This document shows positions 54,109-63,986 of a DNA stretch of 64,000 bases, one piece after another. The stretch is from an uncultured Acidobacteriota bacterium (GTDB lineage Bacteria; Acidobacteriota; Vicinamibacteria; Vicinamibacterales; UBA2999): contig CAWFGB010000005.1 of the NCBI GenBank assembly GCA_963815285.1, positions 423,919 to 487,918 of the forward strand, given 5' to 3'. Both the position numbers and the translations under genes were made by a program. Under the pieces are notes generated by a model, which was given only the letters and a program-made list of their open reading frames with translations, made no database searches and was not told where the DNA came from. Every line of letters starts with the position of its first letter. The first letter of the stretch is position 1.

Positions 54109-54641
54109 CGGCGCGCACGCTGCTCAGCCAACATCCGCTGGTTCATTTCTTCCGACTTGCCGCGCGGAATCGAGAGCGACTTCCACTCCGGGCCCTTCAG
54201 GTGCTTGCCGAGTGCCAGAATCTGGTAGGCGTGGCCGGCGTAGTGCACGATCTGCCGCACGATAGCCCTGTAGATCGTGTGCGGCTCCTCTCGAATGTAG
54301 ATCGTGTCCTGTAGCTCGGCGTCGGTGAGCGACGACATCGCGTCGAACACACACTGCCATCCGCTTTCCCATTCCGCCAGGAGCGCGCTCCGGGTGAGGG
54401 CGATGTCCTCGAATTCCTGGTCGCGATGGCGATTGGGCTTCTCTCCGTCAGTCGTTCTGAAGTCGGTCCACCGCGATCGCATGTTGCCAGCCATGTGACG
54501 CATCACGACGGCCACGCTGTTCGATTCCGGATCGATCCGCGCCCACAACTGCTCGTCGTCGAGCTGTGCGATGGCCTGGTCGGCCAGCCGCTTCACCTTG
54601 CGCAACTCAGAGAAAGTCGTTTCGACGATTGGAGAGCTCAT
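54105..54641 (-). CDS. DUF1572/DinB-like family protein
   Basis: MSSPIVETTFSELRKVKRLADQAIAQLDDEQLW...MRHMAGNMRSRWTDF...IVHYAGHAYQI. It has ATGA overlaps with both neighbours. Confidence 0.8.
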   Translation of the reverse strand: MSSPIVETTFSELRKVKRLADQAIAQLDDEQLWARIDPESNSVAVVMRHMAGNMRSRWTDFRTTDGEKPNRHRDQEFEDIALTRSALLAEWESGWQCVFDAMSSLTDAELQDTIYIREEPHTIYRAIVRQIVHYAGHAYQILALGKHLKGPEWKSLSIPRGKSEEMNQRMLAEQRARR

Positions 54642-55936
54642 TGCGTGTGCTCCAGAAAAAGCAAGGCCACTGAAACCAGCGCCAGCGCGACCAGCGTGCG
54701 GGACAGCTCCCGCCCCCGCCCGGCGATGGCAAACAGCGCCACGTGAAGGATAAACCCCCACAGGATGCCCTGGGTAATCGAAAAGCTGAGCGGAATCAGA
54801 ATCAACGTCGCAAAGGCCGGCACCGCCACCTCGAGCTGCTCGAAGTCCACCTCGGTCACCACTTGAAACATCGACACCCCGACGACGATGAGTACAGCGG
54901 CAGTGGCGTACGGCGGCACAGCAGCGGCCACCGGGGCGATGAACAGGCAGGGCACAAAGCACAGCGCCGTCACGACCGCGGTGCGACCCGTGCGGCCGCC
55001 GGCGCGAATGCCGGCGAGGCTCTCGACGTACGCCGTGCCAGGTGAACTGCCGAAGAGCGCTGCGCCGAGTGTCGCAAACGAATCAACGATGAGCCCTTTC
55101 CGCAGGTTGCGCGGGCGTCCGTCCTCGTCGAGCAGCCGGGAAGCATGCGCCACGCCAATGAACGTTGAAAGCGAGTCGAGGAGGTCGGTCATCATCAGCG
55201 TGACGATCGCCGGCAGCAGCGCCAGCTGCAGTGCGCCCATCACGTCGAGCTGCAGGAAGACCGATGCGAAATCGGGCCGGCTGAACCAGTCCGTCGGTGG
55301 CGTCACCCAACCCGCCATCCAGGCAATGCTCGTGACGACAAAAATGGCCGCGAGATAGGCGAACGGGCTACCGTTTCGTGCCAGCGCGACGATGATCCCG
55401 ATTCCAAGCAGCGTCAATAGCGTGCGGTGGTCGAGAGGGCCGACGCCTACGAGCGTCGCCGGATTGGCGGCGACGAAGCCTGAGTTCTGCAGACCGATGA
55501 AGGTCAGGAGCAGGCCGATGCCCGCCGCCGTCGCACGCCGCAGCGACTGCGGGATGGCCAGGGCGATTGCCTCACGCAGCGGCGTCGCTGATGCCAACAA
55601 GAAAAGCACCCCCGCCCAGAACACCATCCCGAGTGCGACCGGCCATGGCACGGCCCCCTGCAGGACGACCGTGAACGTGAAAAATGCGTTGAGCCCCATC
55701 CCCGGCGCGACCCCGAAGGGCAGGTCGGCGTACACACCCATCAGCAACGTGCTCGCCACACAGACCAGCACCGTCGCCGTCAGGACGCCGGCAAACGGCA
55801 TCCCGGTTCCCTCAGTCGAAAGGATCGTCGGGTTCACGATGACGATGTAGGCCATCGTGAAAAACGTGGTGATGCCGGCGATGATCTCTGTTCTAAGTGG
55901 GGGTGTGGAGTGCAGCGACCCCGCCGAGGCGCTCAT
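54638..55936 (-). CDS. NCS2-family purine permease (AzgA-like adenine/guanine/hypoxanthine transporter)
   Basis: RTEIIAGITTFFTMAYIVIVNPTIL and SPGTAYVESLAGIRAGGRTG are typical of this family. Confidence 0.9.
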   Translation of the reverse strand: MSASAGSLHSTPPLRTEIIAGITTFFTMAYIVIVNPTILSTEGTGMPFAGVLTATVLVCVASTLLMGVYADLPFGVAPGMGLNAFFTFTVVLQGAVPWPVALGMVFWAGVLFLLASATPLREAIALAIPQSLRRATAAGIGLLLTFIGLQNSGFVAANPATLVGVGPLDHRTLLTLLGIGIIVALARNGSPFAYLAAIFVVTSIAWMAGWVTPPTDWFSRPDFASVFLQLDVMGALQLALLPAIVTLMMTDLLDSLSTFIGVAHASRLLDEDGRPRNLRKGLIVDSFATLGAALFGSSPGTAYVESLAGIRAGGRTGRTAVVTALCFVPCLFIAPVAAAVPPYATAAVLIVVGVSMFQVVTEVDFEQLEVAVPAFATLILIPLSFSITQGILWGFILHVALFAIAGRGRELSRTLVALALVSVALLFLEHTQ

Positions 55937-55973
55937 GCCGCCGGATGATATCCGCTTCAGCCGCAGTTCCGGC

Positions 55974-56891
55974 TCAGCGCGCGATCTTCGCCGGCAGCGC
56001 CTGGCGTGACAGCAGCGTCACGAACTCGCGCTGCCACTTCGGCTCGACACGGTCGCGCAGCGTGACTGCGGCCCAGGATCGGTAGACGCCGCGTTTGCCG
56101 ATCCTGACGGCCTTCACCGCGCCGGTCTTCAGCGCGGGCTCAATGGCCCACCTTGCCATCACGCTCACGCCGAGCCCGGCTTTGACCAGTTCCAGAATCG
56201 CCTCGGTCAGCGGCACCTGCGACACGCGTGCCGGCTCGACTCCCGCTGGCGCCAGGATGCGTGTGAACGTGTAGCTGTCGTGTCGATCGGCCGTGTAGAT
56301 AATCAGGTGTTCCTCGGCGAAGTCTATCGGTTCGATCCACGTCCGCTTCGCGAACGGATGCGTCGGCGCCACCACCGCCACCAGTTCGTCTTCGAAGAGC
56401 CGCACCGACTGCAAGCGCTTGTCGTCCACCTCGCTCGTGACGACCGCAAGATCAATCTGACCGTCGAGCAGGGCCTCGATCGGACGCTCCGTGGCGTTGA
56501 CCATGATCTGCACGTCCACGCCGGGATACTTTCGATGGAAGGCCTGCAAGAGCGGCGGCAGCCAGTGATAGCCGGTGTTGCACTGGGTGCACAGGCGCAG
56601 CACGCCCTTGCCGTTCTGCGACATCAGCTTGAGGTCTTCCTCGGCGCGGCCGATCTCGTCGAGGACCCGCTTGGCGGCGCCGAGCACGCGCTCGCCGGGC
56701 GGCGTCAGCACCATGCGCTTGCCAAGGCGGAGGAACAACTGGGTGCCGAGACGTGATTCGATATCACGGAGCTGGTGCGACAACGCGGACTGGGTGAGGT
56801 GTAACCGTTCGGCCGCGCGTGTCACGCTGCCGGTCGAGGCGATCTCGCTGACCAGCGAGAGGTGGCGAACTTCGAGGGTGGGCGAGGGCAC
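55974..56891 (-). CDS. LysR-family transcriptional regulator
   Basis: The N-terminal HTH is LSLVSEIASTGSVTRAAERLHLTQSALSHQLRDIE, followed by a LysR substrate-binding domain. Confidence 0.9.
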   Translation of the reverse strand: MPSPTLEVRHLSLVSEIASTGSVTRAAERLHLTQSALSHQLRDIESRLGTQLFLRLGKRMVLTPPGERVLGAAKRVLDEIGRAEEDLKLMSQNGKGVLRLCTQCNTGYHWLPPLLQAFHRKYPGVDVQIMVNATERPIEALLDGQIDLAVVTSEVDDKRLQSVRLFEDELVAVVAPTHPFAKRTWIEPIDFAEEHLIIYTADRHDSYTFTRILAPAGVEPARVSQVPLTEAILELVKAGLGVSVMARWAIEPALKTGAVKAVRIGKRGVYRSWAAVTLRDRVEPKWQREFVTLLSRQALPAKIAR

Positions 56892-56898
56892 GGCCCCG

Positions 56899-57666
56899 TT
56901 ACTCTTCGTCTTTGTCGTCGTCCGGTATTTCGTCGAATTCCGGCGTCGCGTCCTTCTCGTCGTCGGGCAGGTCGGTTTCCGGCTTCATGAACTCCGGAAT
57001 TTCGTCCGTTGCGTCCTCGGGCGTATCGACCTCGTCGAGGTCGTACATGCGACCGGTGAACTTGGTCGGGATGGGACCTTTCGGTCCGCGCTCCTTCTGC
57101 TGGAAGTTACCCTTGCCCTTCTTGCCTTTGGGCGGTGCCGGAGGACCGAAATTCCGTTCGCGTCCGGTACTAGCCCCGCCGGGACCAGGGCCAGGCCCGC
57201 CAAAGCCGCCGCCTGGGCGCGGCCCGCCAAACCCGCCGCCAGGGCGTGGCCCGCCGAAGCCGCCACCGGGACGCGCCCCAAACCCACCGCCCGGGCGAGG
57301 TCCGCCGGGACCCGCTGGCCCAGTGGGCCGAGGTCCGCCGTAGCCAGCCGGCCCAGTGGGCCGAGGTCCGCCAAACCCGCCACCGGGTCGAGGTGGCCCG
57401 GCCGGCCCGCGATCTTCTCGTGCGCGGGCTTCGCTTACGGCCAGCGGACGACCCATGAAAAGCTGACCGTCGAACTGCTGAATCGCTGCTTCGGCTTGCG
57501 AGCGCTCCGCGTATTCGACGAAGGCAAAGCCTCGGGCGCGGCCGGTCTCGCGGTCGAGTGGGCGCACAATCTGTGTCGGCTCGCCGACTTGCGCGAAGTG
57601 CTGGCGCAAATCGTCTTCTGTGGCCTGATACGGGAGGTTACCAATGAACAAGCGGACTGGTGGCAC
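56899..57666 (-). CDS. RRM-type RNA-binding protein with a Gly/Pro/Arg repeat region and an acidic C-terminal tail
   Basis: RLFIGNLPYQATEDDL carries RNP2 and RGFAFVEY carries RNP1. These are followed by (GGFGGPRPGG)n repeats and the tail DLDEVDTPEDATDEIPEFMKPETDLPDDEKDATPEFDEIPDDDKDEE. Confidence 0.85.
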   Translation of the reverse strand: MPPVRLFIGNLPYQATEDDLRQHFAQVGEPTQIVRPLDRETGRARGFAFVEYAERSQAEAAIQQFDGQLFMGRPLAVSEARAREDRGPAGPPRPGGGFGGPRPTGPAGYGGPRPTGPAGPGGPRPGGGFGARPGGGFGGPRPGGGFGGPRPGGGFGGPGPGPGGASTGRERNFGPPAPPKGKKGKGNFQQKERGPKGPIPTKFTGRMYDLDEVDTPEDATDEIPEFMKPETDLPDDEKDATPEFDEIPDDDKDEE

Positions 57667-57767
57667 GGGTCTGGTCGGGAGGCGGGGAGATTAGAAGCTG
57701 TTCGGTGACACCGGCGTTCCCGCCACCTGGAAGTTGCGTGCCGGGTCAAGAGAGAATAGCAAAAACA

Positions 57768-58004
57768 CTACAGCGTGCCAAGTTCGGCCTGCAGAGCTTC
57801 GAGCTTGAGCCGCAGCATGTCTCGATGCGCAGCATGACACGCAGCCTGCAATTCAGCCTGCGTGCGGGCCAACGCCAGCTCCAAAGTGCGTCGGCGCTCG
57901 AGCCGCGCGCGCTCTTCGGGCGACAGGGCTGGCCCCGCCGACTTACCCCGCTGTGCTTCGTCCTGCTGCGATTCCACGAACTTGCTGTCGAACCCACGTG
58001 CCAT
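57768..58004 (-). CDS. Small hypothetical coiled-coil protein (78 aa)
   Basis: MARGFDSKFVESQQDEAQRGKSAGPALSPEERARLERRRTLELALARTQAELQ... has reasonable codon bias. No family was recognised, and the upstream part of track ORF 57768..58148 looks non-coding. Confidence 0.4.
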   Translation of the reverse strand: MARGFDSKFVESQQDEAQRGKSAGPALSPEERARLERRRTLELALARTQAELQAACHAAHRDMLRLKLEALQAELGTL

Positions 58005-58134
58005 CGACCAACCGTAACACAGAGCCGGGACGGTAAATCCCAGTTCCGGACACATCCGCACGCGAATCAGATTTCCAACCTCGTGAGTTCTAGGTTCTGC
58101 CCCTGGCAACGACCTTGCCTTAGCGTGTTTCCAC

Positions 58135-60561
58135 ATGGACCGTTTCACACAGGACCTCCGTCACGCCGTACGAGTTTTGCGCAAGGCACCCGCATTCACG
58201 CTCGTCGTCATCTTCACGTTAGCCATCGGCATTGGCGCCAACACCGCGATGTTCAGCGTCGTCAACGCGGTGCTGCTGGAGGATTTGCCGTTTCGCGACG
58301 CGGCGCGCGTCGTGGACATCAACGAGTACGTCGCGGAGCAGCCCACGGCGATTGCTCCGGCCAACTTCCTGGACTGGCGCCGGCAGGCCCGAAGCTTCGA
58401 GTCGATGGCGCTCTATCGTCCGCGCGTGTTCAACATCACCACAGGCACGGGCGAGCCCGAGCGTGTGTCAGGGGTGCAGGCGTCGTCGACCTTCTTCGAC
58501 GTGCTCGGTGCCTCTCCGATTCTCGGCCATCAGTTCACACGCGACGATGCCGAGCCGGGGCGAGCAACGGTCGTCTTGAGCTTCGGACTTTGGCAACGGC
58601 GGTTCGGCGGCGGCGACGTCGTGGGCAGGACACTGAGGCTCAACGGCGAGCCGTACACCATTGCCGGTGTCATGCCGGCAGGCTTCCGCTTCCCGCAAGA
58701 GGCCGAATTCTGGACCGCGTCCGCGTATGACGTGCCTGCGGGAGCCGGGCCAGGGGACCCGCGTGAAAACCGTGGCGCGCACTACCTGCGTGGAATCGCA
58801 CGCCTGGCGGCTGGCGTGTCGCTGGAGCAGGCAAATGCCGAACTGGCCACGATCACCGACCAGCTCAAGGCGCAATATCCCGATACGAATACAAACTTCA
58901 CGACTCGTGCGTTATCCCTGCAGGACCGGTTGACCGGTGACGCACGAACGCCGCTGCTGATTCTGCTCGGAGCCGTCGGATGTGTGTTGCTCATTGTGAT
59001 CGCGAATGTCGCGAACCTGTTGATGGCCCGCGCCACCATACGCGCGCGCGAGCTGGCCATTCGTGCCGCCGTCGGCGCCAATCGGCGCACGCTGATTCGC
59101 CAGCTGATGACCGAGAGCCTCGTCATAGCCGTGGTCGGCGGTGGTCTCGGCGTGTTGTTCGCGTTCTGGGGCGTCGATCTGATCTTGTCGTTGGAACCGG
59201 GAGAGGTGCCGCGGGTCGCTGAGATCAGCGTTGACGCCACGGCGCTGTTGTTCGCATTGGGCCTGTCCGTGCTCACCGGGATGCTCTTCGGCGTGGGTCC
59301 GGCCTGGCAGGCCTCACGACCCGAGCTGCAGTCGACGCTCAAGGATGCGACGCGCGGTACCACGGGCGAGGGGACTCGTCAACTCGCACGAACGGGTCTT
59401 GTTCTCGCCGAGGTCGCGCTCTCGCTGGTGCTGCTGGTAGGTGCTGGCCTGCTGTTCCGCAGCCTCCTGACACTTCTGGACGTCCCGCTCGGGTTCACGA
59501 GCTCAGGGGTGATGACGATGCAGGTCACCCCGACCGGTGAAGGCTATCGCACGCCGGGTCATTTCATGGCTTACTGGAGCCGCGTGCTCGACGATGTTCG
59601 CAGCGTGCCGGGTGTAAAGGCCGCGGCGCTCACGGCCAGCGCCCCAATGACTCCGGGCATGAGCGTGCTCGGGTTTGGCGTCAGCGGCCGCCCTGAACTG
59701 CCGTTGCATCAGTCACCGACATCACACTTTCTCGAGGTGTCACCTGGCTACTTCTCTGCGCTGGGCATCCCGGTGCTGAACGGCCGCGAGTTCACCGGTC
59801 ACGACGCGATCGAAGAACCGCGCGTGCTCGTCATCAACGAGGCGCTGGCCCGTCGCGAGTTTCCGGATCAGGACCCGATCGGGCAGCGGATGTCGTTCGG
59901 CCGGGGCCCCGACGGTGAGCAGCGATGGCTGGATATCGTCGGTGTCGTCGGCAACGTGCGCCAGTACCGCGCGGACGAAGCGCCGGTGCCGATGACCTAC
60001 GCGGTTCACACATTGAATCCGCAGCGCGGGTATTCACTCATCGTCCGGGCGGATGATGCCATGGCGCTGGCCTCGTCGGTCCGCGCGCGGCTGCAGGCGA
60101 TCGACCCGACACTCCCGATCACTCGTGCCCGTACGCTCGAGGAGGTCATCGGCGCGTCGCTGACGCAGCGCCGCTTCAACATGACGTTGTTGATCGTGTT
60201 TGCGTCGATCGCGCTCATCCTGGCCATCGCGGGCATCTACGGGACCGTCGCCTACGCGGTCGCACAGCGGACGCCGGAGATCGGAATCCGCATGGCGCTT
60301 GGCGCCACGGCCGGGGAAGTGCTGCGGCTGGTGCTCTTCGACGCGCTCAAGCCAGTGGGCGCCGGGCTCGTGCTGGGGATGGTGGCGGCATTCGGATTGG
60401 CCCGCGCCCTCGATCGGCTGGTGTACGGCATCAGCACGACCGACACGCTCACGTTCGTCAGCCTGCCATTGCTGCTCGGCCTGGTCGCGATGCTCGCGAG
60501 CTGCCTCCCTGCGTTCAGGGCGACGCGGGTCAACCCGATGATTGCGCTGCGCGCAGATTGA
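58135..60561 (+). CDS. ADOP-family duplicated FtsX/MacB-like permease
   Basis: MDRFTQDLRHAVRVLRKAPAFTLVVIFTLAIGIGANTAMFSVVNAVLL is the signature N-terminus. The 808 aa contain two MacB_PCD plus FtsX halves. Confidence 0.9.
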   Translation: MDRFTQDLRHAVRVLRKAPAFTLVVIFTLAIGIGANTAMFSVVNAVLLEDLPFRDAARVVDINEYVAEQPTAIAPANFLDWRRQARSFESMALYRPRVFNITTGTGEPERVSGVQASSTFFDVLGASPILGHQFTRDDAEPGRATVVLSFGLWQRRFGGGDVVGRTLRLNGEPYTIAGVMPAGFRFPQEAEFWTASAYDVPAGAGPGDPRENRGAHYLRGIARLAAGVSLEQANAELATITDQLKAQYPDTNTNFTTRALSLQDRLTGDARTPLLILLGAVGCVLLIVIANVANLLMARATIRARELAIRAAVGANRRTLIRQLMTESLVIAVVGGGLGVLFAFWGVDLILSLEPGEVPRVAEISVDATALLFALGLSVLTGMLFGVGPAWQASRPELQSTLKDATRGTTGEGTRQLARTGLVLAEVALSLVLLVGAGLLFRSLLTLLDVPLGFTSSGVMTMQVTPTGEGYRTPGHFMAYWSRVLDDVRSVPGVKAAALTASAPMTPGMSVLGFGVSGRPELPLHQSPTSHFLEVSPGYFSALGIPVLNGREFTGHDAIEEPRVLVINEALARREFPDQDPIGQRMSFGRGPDGEQRWLDIVGVVGNVRQYRADEAPVPMTYAVHTLNPQRGYSLIVRADDAMALASSVRARLQAIDPTLPITRARTLEEVIGASLTQRRFNMTLLIVFASIALILAIAGIYGTVAYAVAQRTPEIGIRMALGATAGEVLRLVLFDALKPVGAGLVLGMVAAFGLARALDRLVYGISTTDTLTFVSLPLLLGLVAMLASCLPAFRATRVNPMIALRAD

Positions 60562-60752
60562 ACCGCGTTCGGCGATAGAGCTTGCAGCCCATTCTTGCTC
60601 GGCCGAGGGCCGGTGAGGCTGACCGCTGGGAGCTGATGCTGCGGTATCATGAAGCGTTCCTCGCGGGGTCCATCCTCAAGGAGCCCCTACCGGCCGTTCA
60701 CGTCCGCAGAGCGGTTGATGGAGGTGACGCGGGCATACACCAGAGGTGTGTC

Positions 60753-61160
60753 ATGACCACGTTTACTTCCGTCACTCCCAACCTGCTCGTCCAGAACATC
60801 GATCGCAGCACCACGTTCTATTGTAAAGTCCTCGGCTTCATCATCAAGCAGACCGTGCCTGACGAGGCACCCTTCGTGTTCGTGTGGCTCGAGCGCGACG
60901 GTGTCGGCGTGTTTCTCAACGATCCCATGGCCGCCGATCAGGATTACCCGGAGGCCAGTCGCCGCCCCTCAGGCGGCACGGCGACGATGTTCTTCATCGT
61001 GGTAAACGTGGACGCGTTCCATGCCGCCGTGGCGCCGCACGCCAAGGTGCTCATGCCGCTCAAGACGCAGTTTTACGGCATGCGCGAGTTCGCGATCGAG
61101 GACCCGGATGGCCACATCCTGACGTTTGCGGAACGCGTTGTTGACGAGAAGCTCGGGTGA
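60753..61160 (+). CDS. VOC (glyoxalase/bleomycin-resistance) family protein
   Basis: MTTFTSVTPNLLVQNIDRSTTFYCKVLGF...QFYGMREFAIEDPDGHILTFAE. Confidence 0.85.
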   Translation: MTTFTSVTPNLLVQNIDRSTTFYCKVLGFIIKQTVPDEAPFVFVWLERDGVGVFLNDPMAADQDYPEASRRPSGGTATMFFIVVNVDAFHAAVAPHAKVLMPLKTQFYGMREFAIEDPDGHILTFAERVVDEKLG

Positions 61161-61672
61161 AACCGGCCGCGTGGCTCGTCGAGAACCTCGATGTGCTTCC
61201 GCGGGGTGGGGTGGTGCTCGATGTCGCGTGCGGCAGTGGGCGCCATGCCCTTTTTCTGGCGGAGCGAGGATGGCGGGTACACGCGGTCGATCGCGATGCC
61301 GACGCTCTCGCCAAGTTGGGGCGGGTAGCGCGGGTGGGGCCCGTGGGGGAGATCTCCACAGAGTGTATTGATCTCGAGAGCGCCGGCAATCCGTCGCTGG
61401 GCGATGGACTGTACGACGCGGTGATCGTGTTCAACTACCTTCATCGTCCGCTCATGCCGGCCATCGTGAACGCGATTCGGCCCGGCGGCGTGTTGGTTTA
61501 CGAAACCTTCACCGTCGGCCAAGCCCACCGCGGCCGCCCGTGCAATCCGGACTTTCTGCTGCGGGATGGCGAACTGCCGACACTCGTCGCCCCTTTGCGA
61601 CCGCTCCGCGCCCGAGAGGGCGACTACGACGGGAAGCTCGTGGCCTCGATCGTGGCAGTGCGCGACGAGTAG
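61157..61672 (+). CDS. Class I SAM-dependent methyltransferase
   Basis: VLDVACGSGRHALFLAERGWRVHAVD is motif I. The start overlaps the VOC stop. Confidence 0.85.
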   Translation: MKPAAWLVENLDVLPRGGVVLDVACGSGRHALFLAERGWRVHAVDRDADALAKLGRVARVGPVGEISTECIDLESAGNPSLGDGLYDAVIVFNYLHRPLMPAIVNAIRPGGVLVYETFTVGQAHRGRPCNPDFLLRDGELPTLVAPLRPLRAREGDYDGKLVASIVAVRDE

Positions 61673-61757
61673 CAACCTAGCGGCGCCGGGCTTTGAACTG
61701 TCAGTCTTGGCGGTTTTGAACTCTCCGCGAAGCGGGGTGCTACCATTTCCCCATCGC

Positions 61758-62396
61758 ATGGCACGAGCGCTCTCTCTAGTGTTATTCCTGGTGCTCGGCT
61801 CTTCGGTTGCCCTCCACGGTCAGCAGCCCGCGACGTCCGAGCCCCCGCCGTCGAACGAAAGCGCGTTGGAGCCGCTCTTTATCGTCGGAGCCTCGGAGTG
61901 GATGATCATCGCCGGGCCTGGGCTAGGCGACTCGCTTTTTCATTCCGCACCCGACCATCAATATCTCGTGCCGTCACTCTCGTGGGGACGCGTGCTCAGC
62001 GGTCCGGTCGGACCCGCCGCGGTCAGGGGACGGTTCGAGTGGGCACTGGAAGTGGTGCCCCTCTTCAAGCAGTTCAACCCGCTGACAACATACGGCTTTG
62101 GCGTGACGCCGCTGGTCTGGCGATGGAACTTCGATCCGCGGGGGAAGCTTGCGCCCTTCGCGGAATTAGCGGGCGGCGCACTCTGGACGCGCGATCCGAT
62201 TCCCGCGCAGACCACGACCGCGAACTTCACCGCGCACGCGGCCTACGGCGTGCGCTACTTCTTTCGTCCGCGTGAGGCGATGGTGGTCAGCTACCGGTTC
62301 CACCATATCTCGAACGGCAATCGCCTCGACCGCAATCCGGGTGTCAACGCCCACGTGATACTGGTCGGGTTCAGCATGATGCGCCGGCGCTGGTGA
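61758..62396 (+). CDS. Acyloxyacyl hydrolase / PagL-like lipid A deacylase family outer-membrane protein
   Basis: A signal peptide MARALSLVLFLVLGSSVALHGQ, beta-barrel-like alternation, and YRFHHISNGN (the HxSN catalytic motif). Confidence 0.75.
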   Translation: MARALSLVLFLVLGSSVALHGQQPATSEPPPSNESALEPLFIVGASEWMIIAGPGLGDSLFHSAPDHQYLVPSLSWGRVLSGPVGPAAVRGRFEWALEVVPLFKQFNPLTTYGFGVTPLVWRWNFDPRGKLAPFAELAGGALWTRDPIPAQTTTANFTAHAAYGVRYFFRPREAMVVSYRFHHISNGNRLDRNPGVNAHVILVGFSMMRRRW

Positions 62397-62483
62397 CGGA
62401 CACGCCATGAACCCGATCACCCTGCACTTCCTCGGCGGAAACATCGCGGATGGCCAATCGAGGTTTCGGTGGCGTGTCCGTGA

Positions 62484-63986
62484 TCACCGCTCGTAGGACT
62501 CGCGCCGGCTCGCGCCGGAGAGTTTGATCAGGAAGCGGGACGGGTCTTTCCAGAACAGCTCTTTGATCTCCGAGAGGCTGTTGGCCCCGCTATAGCTGAT
62601 CGACGAGCAGAGATGGCGCTGGATGTCCTGGATGATGGGACGCACCGAGCCGCGCGCCGGCACGCTCACCTCGGTGCCCTCCGCGCCAAGGGCCTCGACG
62701 TCGGCGTTGTCGGCGTCCTCCACGTCGAGCCGATCGCGGATGGCTTGAATCGAGGCCATCCCGCGAAGCACCTTGAACGGTACTTTGACGGTACGCTGTG
62801 CGTCGGGGAGCACCACGGATTTCTGGACGATCTCGCCCGGCGTTTCTTCGGTCCCGGCAAACATGCTGCCGAGCATCACGGTATCGCCGCCGAAGAGGAG
62901 CGCCTCGAAGATCGCGCCGTGTCGCTTCACCCCGCCATCGGCGATGATCGGCACTGCGCGCAGGCCGCCAGCCGCCATTCGGGAATCGACCAGCGCTTCA
63001 ATCTGCGGCACCCCGAAACTGGTGGTGATGCGGGTGGTGCATCCGCCGCCGGGTCCGATTCCTACTTTCACCGCGTTCACACCACGTTCCACGAGGAATC
63101 GCACGCCTTCGGGCGTGGCGACGTTGCCCGCAACCAGCTCAAAATCGCCGAAGCGTGCTCGGAACGCCTCGATGGCCCTCGCCATCACGACACTGTGGCC
63201 GTGCGCGATGTCAACGACAATGACGTCCACGCCAGCCCCGATGAGTTCGTGTGCCCGCTCGAGATAGTCGCCTTTGGCCCCGATCGCCGCGCCGACACGC
63301 AGGCGGCCGAACTCGTCGCGGGTGGCAAACGGCAGGCGCTCCTGCCGCATGATGTCCTTGGCGGTAATGAGGCCGAGCAAGACCCCGCCTCGATCGACGA
63401 GCGGGAGCTTCTTGATCTTGCGCTCGACCATCAGCCGTTCGGCCGCATCCAGCGTCAATTCGCCTTCGCCGACCACGAGCGCGTCACGCGGTGTCATCCG
63501 CGAGGCGACCGTCTCGTCGGGAGCGCTGACGAAGCGGACATCGCGCGCGGTCAGCACTCCTTTGAGCCGCCGCCCCTCGTCCACCACCACCAGCGTGCCG
63601 ACGCGGCGCTTGCGCATGAGGGCCATCGCCTCGGACAGGGGGGTGGTCGGCGACACCGCATAAGGATCGCGAATGATGATGTGCTGGGTCCGCTTCACTT
63701 TCTCGACTTCGCGGACTTGCGGTGAGATGTCGCCGCTCCTGAACCCGCGATCGATGATGCCCAGCCCGCCCTCCTCGGCCTGCACGATGGCCATGGGGGC
63801 GCGCGTCACCGTGTCCATATTCGCCGACACGATCGGCCGCTTCAGCGTGATGCGCTGCGAGAAAGGCGAGGACAGGTCGATGGTGGCCGGATCCCGCCGC
63901 TCGAGCACGCTGTATTGCGGGCGCAGGAGGAAGTCGTCGAACGTACAGCCGCGCACCAGGTCAAGGAGAGTTCTGTCCGTCGCCAT
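62484..63986 (-). CDS. guaB: IMP dehydrogenase
   Basis: FDDFLLRPQYS, PIVSANMDTVT, a CBS pair, VKVGIGPGGGCTTR (catalytic Cys loop) and GMASIQA. Confidence 0.95.
   Translation of the reverse strand: MATDRTLLDLVRGCTFDDFLLRPQYSVLERRDPATIDLSSPFSQRITLKRPIVSANMDTVTRAPMAIVQAEEGGLGIIDRGFRSGDISPQVREVEKVKRTQHIIIRDPYAVSPTTPLSEAMALMRKRRVGTLVVVDEGRRLKGVLTARDVRFVSAPDETVASRMTPRDALVVGEGELTLDAAERLMVERKIKKLPLVDRGGVLLGLITAKDIMRQERLPFATRDEFGRLRVGAAIGAKGDYLERAHELIGAGVDVIVVDIAHGHSVVMARAIEAFRARFGDFELVAGNVATPEGVRFLVERGVNAVKVGIGPGGGCTTRITTSFGVPQIEALVDSRMAAGGLRAVPIIADGGVKRHGAIFEALLFGGDTVMLGSMFAGTEETPGEIVQKSVVLPDAQRTVKVPFKVLRGMASIQAIRDRLDVEDADNADVEALGAEGTEVSVPARGSVRPIIQDIQRHLCSSISYSGANSLSEIKELFWKDPSRFLIKLSGASRRESYER

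Noticed and set aside
56575-57708. 377-aa plus-strand ORF and the 56912..57343 PPGRGPP-repeat ORF
   Set aside because: These are mirror images of the LysR gene and of the Gly/Pro repeats of the RRM protein on the minus strand.
62613-63725. 370-aa plus-strand ORF
   Set aside because: It is antisense to guaB.
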